Assembly (NCBI GenBank): GCA_043228905.1
Contig: JBHGNT010000009.1
Span: 7,254,001-7,318,000 of the forward strand
Length of the DNA stretch: 64,000 nt
DNA from: Azolla caroliniana
Taxonomy: Eukaryota; Plantae; Polypodiophyta
Direction: 5' to 3'
Below the pieces are notes generated by a model. It was not told the origin of the DNA. It made no database searches and worked only from the letters and a program-made list of their open reading frames with translations. How positions within the stretch are numbered: position 1 is the stretch's first letter; the number at the start of each line of letters is the position of its first letter. The position numbers and the translations under genes are program-made. Below, piece by piece: positions 13,645-25,800 of the stretch.

Positions 13645-16446
13645 TAGATAGATTATATTGTCGTCTTCGGAGGTCAAATATGACCTATGAGACCAAAAAT
13701 ATTACATTTCACGTGATACGTGTGAAAGTGAGTAGTGACTCTCGATCTTCAAGAACTTTACCAATGAATGTTGCAATCGAGAGTGCACATTGTGGTTGTG
13801 AGAGGAATTCATTCAAGGATTGGGCTCGGTCGAAGAGATGTGGAAAGCATGGTCGAATATGATCAAAGGCAGAGCATTGTATCAAAATGTGATACTCAGA
13901 CTTGTGAACTTGTTTAGGGCAAAGTGTGCATAGCTGACCACTCTCATCACTTGTGCCCCAATGCCCTATCTCACATCGTAATGCATGTGAGCTAAGTCGC
14001 ATGGAAGCAATGGTTTGAATGATAGATAACGCTATGGACTCTAACATGTATCGATGTGTACGATTTCCCCGTTCCGCAAAGAATATGGTTTTGTAGTTAG
14101 GTGCAACATGTATAGTATAATGTATGAAGCGTGAGCCTCCACATTTGTCCTATGTCATGATACATTGGCGTTGCAAAAAGACCTCATTTATAGAGGAATC
14201 TAATGATGCTTCATGAAGCAAGTGTCTCGCATCCCATCTACCAAACCATTTTTCTATATCTTGCATCCAACCAGAACACAAATTTTTGCTTTTATGTGTC
14301 TTTCAGATATTTTTGCATGCTTCCCATGCAATTCTAGGAAGTCGATGTGAGGGAATTTTTTGAACCTTAAGCATGTATTCACCAACCCTTTCCATGGCCA
14401 TGATCTCAATGGGAAGTGATCCCGTCTCAAGGAAGAGGAGGGCGTAGGGCGTTTGTTTCATAACTTGTAGAAATTTTGTAAGAAAATGTTTTTGGACATT
14501 TTCAAACTCTTTCCACATAGATTTAGGGATGCTACCACCCCATACTTCCACCCCATAGAGAAGAACCAGTGTCACCAAAGTGTCGAAAAGATATTTCTTG
14601 AGGACCCAACACTTAATATCTCCAAGATTGCATGTGTTCTCAAATGCATAGTATGCTCGCTTACCCGCCTCTAAGCGACGTGTAGCATATTCATTCCATC
14701 TATGATTTGAAGGAACTTCAAGGCCAAGATATTTGAAGCTTTCCACACATTCAAGTGGCTCATTGTTGTACATAATGCATGGTTTATCTCTTTTTTGGCT
14801 CTTAACAAGCATCTTTGTTTTAGAGCTATTGACACTTAATTTAGTATGCATGCAAAACATTTCCAATGCCCTCACAAGCTTTTGTGCATCTCCTAAAGTA
14901 TTTGCAAAAAGCACTACATCATTTGCATATAGCAAAAGCATAATCACAACATTCCCAATGACAACTTCTTCAACACATTATTCCTTTGCAAACTTGGTAA
15001 CCGTTTCTTCCAATTCATCAATGCATAGACCAAATAGTGTTGGTGAGAGTGGGCATCCTTGCTTAACACCAATAGTGCTTTTGAAAAAATCTGAAAGTTT
15101 ATCTCTCATGCGCACACAACATATAACCTTGTCATAAATTCGGGAAATTGCAAGCATATATTCACTGGGCACCTCAAGTTCTTCCATTCACCTCCAAAGA
15201 TGCTCACGAGGTACCATATCAAAAGCTTTCTTGAAGTCTACAAAGCAACAATATAAACCTTTACATCTAAGGCGTCTTTCCTCCATTAATACTCGAATGG
15301 TGACAAGGTGATCAATGGTGCTATGGTGTTTTCAAAAGCCAGCTTGTCCATAAGCTCTCTTACCATTTTTTTCAGCCCATACACTTATCTTTGATTCCAT
15401 TATACATCCAAACAGTTTTGCCATTAATGAGCCAACCATGATGGTTCAATAGTTGTTTACATTATTTACATCTCCACCTTTATGTAAAGGTTTGATCCAA
15501 TTTGTAGTCCAATCGTACGACATACCATGTTGCAATGCATCATTAAACATATCGCTTATCCATACATGTGCTTCCTTTCCTGTCCATTTGAGCATTTCAG
15601 CCTTTATACATTGAAAATCGCTTGCCTTTCAAGAGGCCAATTTCTTAAGTCCTATGCATATATCTTCAATTGTAAAGAAGGGAGAGATCACATCATCTTT
15701 CCGGCAAGAGATATCTCATATAAATTCTTACAATGCATAGACAAGTCGTGAAGAGTTAAGCCACCATAACTCTCAACACGTTTCCCCTTGAGATTTCCCC
15801 AAAATTTAGCACATGCATGTGCTTTCTCTTGCGTTTGGATAAATTGTTGAGTAACTTCCCATATTCTTCTCTTTCTTTGAATAAGCCTTTTATACTCATG
15901 CAAATGCTTTTGGTAATTCTCTTTCTCCTTAACTACATCCAAAACCATAAGGCACTTTCAAGCTTCACGACATTCTTTATCAAACCATTTTTTCCTAAGT
16001 TTCTTGGTGCATTTCCAAGATGTACGGTTGGTCGAAAAACATTTGTTTGTATAGGAGAGAATGAATTTCTTGAAAGCTTCCCATTTGCATTCTAGTGTGG
16101 CACCATGTTGTATCTTTGTCATTCGTAACATATCCTCAACCATCTTGGAATACATGGGCGCTCACTTAAGGTTCATGCTCAAGTGCGGTTGTTTATTATC
16201 TTCAATAGCCTTCTCACAATCAAACTTATGCATACATTTGAGATCAATAAATAAATGCCTATGATCAGATTCCGGTGTCCATTCACCAAGTGAGAATTTA
16301 TGTATACGATCCAAAATACCTTCAGAAAGTAGCACATAGTCAATCACACTATTTCCATTGTGTTTTCTACATGTAAAACCATTAGTGTTGGGCCATAAGG
16401 AAATACCATTTGCAATAAGCAATCCAGTACTATTGCACATTTGTAG
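13645..16446 (-). mobile_element. 5'-truncated non-LTR retrotransposon (LINE; RTE/RTEX-like architecture), decayed
   Basis: End of AP-endonuclease (SVIDYVLL...ESDHR) at 16162-16445. RT motifs GVKQGCPLSPTLF, LLYAND, FKYLG at 14303-15500. C-terminal LRCEIGHW...CTLC...EYHILIQC at 13709-14047. Short 3' UTR ending in (CTAT)n. Confidence 0.9.
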
Positions 16447-16717
16447 GAGAGAAAGAGAGAGAGAGACGACACAAATAGACAAAAAACAAGAAAATTGTAT
16501 TCACAAGAAAACAATAACCAACAACTTACAAAGAAGAGAAGGAGGTGCTTATGTAGTCACCTTCTCTCTATATTCTCTCAGTGCAACCACCTCTTGGGAA
16601 AGAGGTGGAGATTTCACTACTTACTAACTATGTGTCATAGGACTAACTTTTATGACACATTAGTTATGATACAAGGTAATGGGGTATTTCCACACTATGG
16701 AAGTTGAGTTTGATTCT

Positions 16718-16792
16718 TGTAAAGAATGGGAGGTGTAGATGATGTTATGTAGCGGAAGTGAGCTTTGTGTGTGTGCGTGCGTGCGTGATGCA

Positions 16793-16873
<81 letters not shown>

Positions 16874-17044
16874 AACAAGAAAACTGTATATTACCTCCAA
16901 CTACAACTAAGTTACAAAGGGTTGGTTTAAATACCAACTAGTCTAGGGCAAATGCCCTTTCTACTAATTAAAGAAATGTCCTAGTAAGTTGTCCACTGCC
17001 TAGCGTGAACACTTCCTATGGGAAGTTGAGTTCGATTCTCAACA
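16718..17044 (-). mobile_element. Solo LTR of the C/K family
   Basis: TGTAAAGAAT...GATTCTCAACA flanked by ATTCT at 16713-16717 and 17045-17049; no internal region. Confidence 0.88.
16798..16868. repeat. (GA)n microsatellite inside the solo LTR
   Basis: About 35 perfect GA units. Confidence 0.97.
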
Positions 17045-18819
17045 ATTCTCAACACGCCCCTTCAAACACAACTTCCCGATTGTTGGATAGTCAGCTTGGG
17101 TCTTGATTGGTATCTGGGTCGGCTTCAGTAGTTGGATGTGTACTTGACATGAAGTCGAGAGGTTGTACCATGTATATCTCCTCATCTAATTTGCCTTGGA
17201 GAAAGACGTTCTTTACGTCCATTTGATGGAGAAGCCACCCTTTGGCTACTGCAAGCGCGATAACAATCCAGATTGTTGTCATCTTTGCCACTGGGCCAAA
17301 GGTCTCTTCATAATCAACCCTGTGTGTTTGTGCATACCCTTTTGCGACTAGCCAAGCCTTATACCAATTGACGGTGTCGTCAGCGTTGTGCTTCACCTTG
17401 TATATCCATCGACATCTGATTGCTTTCCTGTGAGGTGAGTGGGGGACAAGATCCCATGTCTTGTTCTTAGAGAGAGCTTGCATCTCCTCGTTTGTCGCTT
17501 CAACCCATCGTGGATCCTTTGCAGATTCTACAAAAAAAATTGTCTCTTGGACCATCGCCACCCTCATCATAAAGGCATAAACATTCAACGAGGATAAACA
17601 TCCGGCCTTCCCTTCGACCATGAGCGATAACTCAACCTTCCTTTTCAATGAAGCAACCCCCGTTATTGAATCGGACTTGCATGGCTTGCTTCACGATTTG
17701 GACGACTGAGACCAGATTCTTCATTATAGTTGGAACATGGAATTTGCTCTAGCCACATCACAAACATTCCGCCACGATCGTTGTAGTCAAAATTTGAGGC
17801 AAAGTTGGTAAATTGTCGGCTTGTGAAAGCCGGCTCACTTTTCTTCTTCCGACATTCTGCCTCATAATGGCTGAATTTGCCACAATATCCACAGTGGACG
17901 TAGTTTTGTCAACTTGGTCTGGCATGATGGCTCCCCTTTTTGCCAGATGTTCCTCCTCACATGTTTGCGATGTCTTATCGGTAGTAGAAGTTGTGCTCAT
18001 GGGATTGTCCTTGGTTGTGTCAGCCTTGGCTAAATCGACCTCTTCTTCCACGGTCATGTCCCCTTCCTCCATCCGAGTTCTAATAGAGCATGTATCATTC
18101 TTGTACATTGCTCCTCGTTCAAACATGATTTTCTTCTACTAGTAACATCAATTGGAGATCGACGGAGGGAGGATTCTCCCTTGCAAGGACGACTGACCTT
18201 ATTGTGCCGAACCGAGGTGCTAGGCCACTGAGGCATATTTGCACCCTTTCATCGTCGTCAATGTTAACATTGATCGACCCGAGGGAATCGCACAACTCCT
18301 TGATCTTCAATGTGTAGCTTCCAATCAACATATCCCTCTGCTGAATGCTATTCAACTCTTGATGGAGTTGCAGTTTCTGTGCAGTTGTGTTGGCCGCGAA
18401 GATCTTTTTGAGGTTTCCCCATGCCCCTCGAATATAGTTGAGCATGTGATCATGAATGCATGATGCAAGGCAATACAACACACAGCTTGCCGCTTGCTCC
18501 CATGCTAGGTAGTCGGCGTGTGTGAGGTTGGGTTGTGCTTCTTGTGCTCCCTCAATATAGCTCCAATAACCTTGGTCAACAAGTGAAAAAGAATATGTGC
18601 GGAAGCTTTATAGACATAACTAGGTAACAACAGACAAAAGACAAAGAAGATTAGGAAGGTTTAATGGAAAGCTTAATCAACACAGCCTACGCGGGAGAGA
18701 CAAAGAGAGCAGAACACACAAAACTCAATTCCAAAACAATACTCTAAAACTTTGTACATACAAAGAGCACTTTTATACAATTCCATACGGACTGACAGAA
18801 GTACTGACACGTACTTCAA

Positions 18820-21046
18820 ATTTATCGGTTGTTGATGGAGGCATTTCAGGAGTCTTGTCAATGTCTATCTCATCTGGATTCACCTAAATCAAGTAATATT
18901 CTAGTATCATGATCATGATTCATAATTTTAAGACCATAACCAATTAACGAGGCTCGTTAATTGACCTATAAATGACTTGTTTAGACTCTAAACGTCAAAT
19001 GTCAAATATGAATAAGAAAGATGCAGACCTGCATTGGAAAACCAGCATGAGTTTGAAAGCTCCGAACAAGCCTTAAGTTTTCTCTAACATATACTAATCT
19101 CTCCACTTGTTTCACCATCAAACGATTCCTCCTTTTTTTATGTACCAACGCATGTGCATTCCAATTTCTTTAAGCAACTCCACAAGAGCAATCCTATGAT
19201 ACAAAGTATTCAACAAACAACATGAACATATGTCATTGTAGAAGATTAATAACATTGAAACAATAAAAAAAAAACTATAATACCTAGGACAATACTCTGC
19301 AAGCTAATGATTGTAGTAAGGGCACATTATCCCCATATCTTTCCCACCATGAGACAGGTTTACATTTTGCAATGTGTCATGATGTATATGATTAAAACAT
19401 ATGATTTTAGCCACAAATTATTCATGAATCCACAATGTCACATTGAACTATATCGAAATTTCAGCCCTCTTTCTCAATTAGATAAACTACTTTGACTAAA
19501 AGGGCAAGTGATCCCCCTCAGAAGGTGCGTTCGGGGTTTCATTAGTGGTATTTTTGAAGAAAATACGAAAATTTCACCTCTATTTGGGCATAAACAACCT
19601 CGACACTCTCAAAACAAATTTTAATCCACTTGCATTTGGGCATAAACACAGAGAAACAATTCAAACATGCGTATGTATGTTACAACTCTATGATAAATAC
19701 TAATATCGTCTCCCTATATGTTACTTAATGAGTTAATTAACTATATGGGAAAGTCATCACATAACGAAAATTTCAGCCCTCTTTCTCAATTAGATTTTAA
19801 TCCACTTGCGTTTGGGCATAAACACATAGAAATCATCCAAATTTCAAACATGCATTTGTATGTTACTATTCTATGGTAATTACTTTAATATCATCTCCAT
19901 ATATGTTACTTAATAAGTTAATTAACTATATGGGAAATTCATCACATAATGGAAATTCCAGCCCTCTTTCTCAATTATATATGCTACTTAATCGATTCTA
20001 TAGTAAATTTCAAATCTATTTGAGAGTATTTTCTGAAATATTGAGCATAAATACTTAGATACTCTCAAGACATGTATTTAATCCACTTGCATTTGGGCAT
20101 AACCACACATAAATGATAAATCATTCAAATTTAAAAAATGCATATGTAATATGCATGCTATTCTATGGTAATTACTTTAATATCATCTCCCTATATGTTA
20201 CTTAATAAGTTAATTAACTATATGGGCAAGTCATCACATAATAGAAATTTGAATTTCAGCCCTCTTTCTCAATAATGTATGTTACTTAATCTAGATTCTA
20301 TAGAAAATTAAAAAAATTCAAATCTATTTCAGAGTTTTTTCTAAAATACTAAGCATAAATACTTAGATACTCTCAAGACATATATTTAATCCACTTGCAT
20401 TTGGGCATAACCACACATAAATCATTTAGATTTCAAACATGCATATGTAATATGCATGTTATTCTATGGTAATTACTTTAATATCATCTCCCTATATGTT
20501 ATTTAATAAGTTAATTAATATACGGGGAAGTCATCACATAATGGACTTTTGAATTTCAGCCCTCTTTCTCAATAGTGTATGTTACTTAATCTAGATTTCA
20601 TAGAAAATTTCAAATCTATTTTAGAGTTTTCTAAATTTTTTGAAATATTTTCTATTTTGAGACCTTGTAAACATATTTTAATCCACATTGCATTTGGGCA
20701 TAAACAGACCAAAATCATTCATACATGCACATATATTATGACAAAATTACCTTTGAAAATGAACTAAAACAATGCTTGCATCCTGTAGGCTGCTTCTAAA
20801 GACCAGCGTAAAAGCCTTTAACCTACAAAATGAAGACAGTCATGAGTCATAACAAAAAACCCCAATTGTTTACTTTTTCTGATTTCACTACTAAAAAAAG
20901 CCCTAGAAAAGTATTTTTTTTAATTATTTACAAATTTAGGCTTATAAAATAATGATAGTTCCAAAAGGTAGAATACGTTTAGAATACGTGTGGGTATTCT
21001 AAAACGTACTCTATGTGTAAAATACGCGTTTTTTAACAACAAAGAT
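18820..21046. mobile_element. 2.2-kb AT-rich non-coding insertion in the D LTR (possible non-autonomous DNA transposon)
   Basis: LTR homology to B stops at gtacttcaa (18819) and resumes at ttcaatg (21047). TTCAA occurs on both sides; terminal inverted similarity is weak; no credible ORF. Confidence 0.6.
19450..20720. repeat. Degenerate tandem repeat, unit ~180-310 bp, 4-5 copies
   Basis: Anchor ttaatccacttgcatttgggcataa at 19621, 19797, 20078, 20386, 20678; aatttcagccctctttctcaat also recurs. Confidence 0.9.
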
Positions 21047-22842
21047 TTCAATGATCATCAATGAGCCTCTACACTAACTCCCAAAATATATTCCTCTACA
21101 GAATATCTATCCAACGGCTTCCCGGTTTACATACCACTACGGCCTCTCGTTGCACACCCGATTTACGCACCCAATGTTGAGCTTGTATCTCAACACTCCC
21201 CCTCAAGCTCAACTTGAGGTTCCACCTGCTCTTCCGGATCTTCACTCTGGCTTCTCCTGGCTTCACGCCTCGCTCGCACTCCTCGACCCGTTTGATTCCG
21301 CGCGCCTCGACCCTTTCGGTCGGCTTGTCTACTAGTGTGACCTTTCTCAGCTCCCTTGCTATCATGGTGTTGGCGCCTCTTCCACTGCCCTTTCCTCTAC
21401 TTGGCCTTCAGTTGATTCGGCGTCTCCGAATTGGCTGTCTCCGATTCATTTCTGCTCTTGCCCGAATTGGTTGTCTCCGATTCATTTCTGCTCTTGCCCG
21501 AATTGGTTGTCTCCAATTCGTCCCCAATTCGTCTTCTGTCTTCAGACCCTTAACCACATCAAACCATGTCTTGGTCTTGGCCTTCTCGCCCTTCTTTGCT
21601 TCAACTCCCCCTTGTTCGGCTAACTTCGGCTCTTCCCTTTGGTTGTTGCCATTGTTTCCACCTTCGGCTTCTTCAGCCGACCCGAAATCGAATTCTTCAT
21701 CCGACTCAGCTTCGCGGTCACTTCCGCTCCTTTCCTGCTCCCTTTCCTAGTCTTTTCTCCCCCCTCAAGTTCGGCATGTCGACGTGCCGCAAACCAAGTG
21801 CACCCGAGAATTGCCGCAACTTGTTGAGACCAAGGGGCTTGGTGAAGTTGTCGGCAGTCTGCCGATCCGTCGAAACATATGCTAGTTCGACTTCACCGGA
21901 GACGACACACACATAGACAAAATGGTAGTGCTCCTCAATGTGCTTGGTCCGGGTGTGGAAGACGGGGTTCTTCGCAAGTTGGATGCTGTTAAGGTTGTCA
22001 CAGTAGATCGTCGTCGGAGCGAACACCTCCACTTGCAGATCCTTGAGTAGCCTCTTGAGCCAAATGGCTTCGCATGACACGATAGCTGCTCCTCGATACT
22101 TGGCCTCCGTGCTCGACAATGCAACTGTCGGCTGCTTCTTGCTGCTCTAGGTGATCGCGGTGCTCCCAAGCAAGAAAGCGAACCCAAATGTGGATCTACG
22201 ATCGTCGACGTTTCCGGCCCAATCGGAATCTGAGTATCCAACGAGTTGTTCGGCAATACCGGTATGATATAGCAACGCCCTATCCTTAGTGCCGCAGACA
22301 TAGCTCAATATCCTTTGCGTGCATTGAACGTGTTCGTCCGTGGGCTGCGACATAAATTGATTGATCAGGCCAACCGGGTAACTGAGATCCGTCTAAGTGA
22401 TCATCACATAAATTAGGCTTCCGACAGTCTGTCTGGACCGTGATGGGTCACACGCCTCTCCCAAATCTCGGCGAAGCTTGACGTTTCTGTCCAGAGGAGT
22501 TGAGATGGACTTACAGTCGGCCATCCCGAACTTGAAGAGCATACCAACACTTAATGTCATTGGCTTATCAGTATGCCTTCGGGGGTGCAGATCACTTCGA
22601 TCCCTAGGAAGTAATGAAGGTCCCCTAGGTCCTTCATGTCGAATGATGTCACGAGTTGGGACTTTACGCGACCGATTTCTTCTAGGTCAGCGTCGGCGAT
22701 GACTAAATCATCAACATAAAGTAAAATACTAACCGGTCCACGTCGACCTTGCTGAACGAACAATGAAGAGTTCGATTTGGACGTCACAAACCCCATCCAA
22801 CGCAGCCACTGCTTGATCTTCGCACTCCACGCGTGTGGGGCT

Positions 22843-25800
22843 TGTTGTAATTCCGTGCTCGGCCACAACCGAGGAACAAGATCGATTCACAGAAAAACGG
22901 GAAATACAAGAATGCACGAAAAACAATAGAGAGAAGGGTACACTGGATGTTTTACGTGGAAAACCCTAAATGGGAAAAACCACGGGAGTGCAAGACTCCA
23001 ACTATCACTATACGCGGGGAATGTACAATGGCGAGCTGCAAGGCGACGACCTTGAGCTCGCTGTCCTCGCCACAGGCGGCGGTATTACACAGAGGCGTCG
23101 ACCTCTTCCTTCCTCTTTCTCTCTCACTCTCTTTCTCGGCTGCTCTCACTTCGCTTCCTCTCAGTGAAAACAGAAAATGAGCAACAACAACAACTGTTTG
23201 CCCTAAGTCATATTTATACACATATGACTTTCAGGCTATTTACAAATATAGCCTCAAGGGCTCCTGGCGAAAACATATTCACAAATATGTCCCCGCATCC
23301 GGATCTCTCTCTCTCCGGGTACATTCGTCATCCGGCTCCGTAACCGGGGTCTTCAGCATCCGGCTCCGTAACCGGGTACTCTTCACCATACGGTTCCGTA
23401 ACAGCCTCTGGGCTTGCCGTCATTCATCTCCGGACATCCCATCCGGAGGGACCGAAAATCCCAACAAACTCCCCCTTCACTTCGGCATGGGATGTCTCTC
23501 CAATCCGATCCTCTTCCGGCATGCTTCCAGCTTGTCGGGTGTAAGTACCTTGGTCAGCATATCCGACCCGTTCTCGTCCGTGTGGATCTTCGTCAGCACG
23601 AACTCCTTGTCTTCTATCCTTTCCCGGATCCAGTGGTATCTACGCTGGATGTGCTTCGTCCGGGAGTGATAGGCCGCATTCTTCGCAAGGTGGATGGCAC
23701 TCTGACTGTCGCAGTAGAGTCGGTACTCCTCCTGCTGGATACCGAGCTCTCTAATAAAGTCCTTCATCCATATTATTACCGACTCTATAATAAAGTCCTT
23801 CATCCATATTATTTCCTTGCCAGCTTCAACGGCCGCCATGTACTCCGCCTCCGTGGTTGACAGTGCAACCGTCTTCTGCACCCTTGACTGCCACGAAACA
23901 GCTCCCCCTGCATACGTCATCACATACCCTGATGTGGACCGGCTGGTATCTGCATCAGCCGACATATCCGAATCGGTAAAGCCGTCGAGTTCGGGCTTTC
24001 CGGAGCCGAATCGGAGGCACACGTTTGCCGTGTCCTTCAGGTATCGGAGTATCCACTTGACCGCGTTCCAGTGCTCTTTGCCGGGATTGCTCATGTACCG
24101 GCTCACCACTCCGACTGCGTATCCTATGTCCGGTCTTGTACACACCATTGCGTACATCAAGCTTCCGACGGCTGAGGCATACGGCACTTTCATCATATCC
24201 TCCTTTTCAGCCTTTGTCTTGGGACTTTGCTTGTTGGACAGCTTGCAGTTTACCGGGAGGGTCGATCCGACCGGCCTTGCTTCCGACATGTTGAACCGTT
24301 TAAGCACCTTTGTCACGTACTTCTCCTGTGACAGCCACAACTGCTTCTTGCTCCGGTCCCGGATGATGTGCATCCCTAGTATTTGTCTCGCCGGACCCAA
24401 GTCCTTCATTGAGAAGGTTCGGTGAAGAGCCTTCTTCAGCATCCGTATCTTGACCTGGTCCCGTCCGACGATCAACATGTCGTCCACGTACAGGAGGAGT
24501 ATTAGAAAGTCTCCTCCTTCGAACTTCTTCACAAACACGCAGTGATCGGACTGCGTTTTGTGGTACCCTTCGTCGGTCATGAAGGAGTCGAACTTCCGGT
24601 ACCACTGCCGGGGAGCCTGCTTCAGTCCGTAAAGGCTCTTCTTCAACCGGCATACCAGGTGCTCCTTCCCTTTCTTCTCGAATCCTTCCGGTTGCTGCAT
24701 GTAGATCTCTTCTTCGAGGTCACCGTGAAGGAATGCCGTCTTCACGTCCATTTGTTCTACCTCGAGGTCCATGCTTGCCGCTATGCTCAGCACCGTCCGG
24801 ATGGAGGTCATCTTCACTACCGGGGCAAATATCTCATCGAAGTCGACGCCCTTCTTCTGCTGAAACCCCTTCACCACGATCCTGGCTTTGTATCTCGGGG
24901 GGTTTCCGGCATCTCCCGGTTTCAGCTTGAACACCCACTTGTTTCGAAGTGCACGCTTTCCTTTCGGCAACTCCACAAGTTCATATGTGTGGTTCTCATG
25001 CAGGGAATCCATCTCCTCCTGCATGGCACTTAACCACCTACGCCTATGGGTGTCAAGCTTTGCTTCTTCAAAACTCTCCGGCTCCCCCTCGTCGGTTAGC
25101 AGCACGTGCTCTGGTTCCGGAAATCTCCGGGGGGCCCTTCTCTCTCTTAGAGGATATCTCCGTTCCGGAGCTTCGGTAACCGGCTCCTCCGTTTCCTCTT
25201 CATCCGAATCCATTTCGGGATCTGGGCCGGTTCCGGTATCAGTTTCATCTTCCTCGGCCGGTTCTGTTTCTTCACCGTCTTCGGCCGGATCCTCGAGTGC
25301 TAACCGGTCCCATGCCGGTCGGGACTGCTCCTCGTAGAGTTGATCCTCACCGGACGACTTGGAGCTCTTCATCTTCTTCTCCGACTCCCAGTCGGCGAGT
25401 GTCTTGTCCTCCATGAAGATGATATCTCGACTCCTGAATATCTTCTTGTCGACCGGGTCCCATACTCGGTAGCCGAACTCGTCGTCGCCGTAACCGAGGA
25501 ATATGCATGGCCGGGTCTTTGGGTCTAACTTTCCTCTCCGGTCCTTTGCCACATGCACGTATGCGAGACACCCGAACACCTTCAGATGCCGGTAGGATAC
25601 TTCCCTACCGGTCCACACTCTCTGCGGCGTGTCTCCGTCCAAAGGTACTGAGGGTGATCTGTTTATCACGTATGTCGCCGTCGACATTGCCTCAGCCCAA
25701 AATCCCTTGGGTAATTTCGCATGCGCCAGCATACTCCGGACCCTCTCCATTATGGTCCGGTTCATCCTCTCGGCCAGCCCGTTCAGTTCCGGCGTCTTCG

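Larger units (their letters stand above)
13576..18583 (-). mobile_element. Element C: internally deleted Ty1/Copia; 3' LTR carries a LINE and a solo LTR; gag interrupted by element D
   Basis: LTR starts TGTAAAGAAT at 13576 and ends CTCAACA at 17054, with the same termini and (GT)n/(GA)n layout as the K LTR. PPT follows at 17055. RT fragment 17091-17648 (MDVKNVFL); gag fragments 17758-18583. Integrase and RNase H are absent. Confidence 0.85.
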
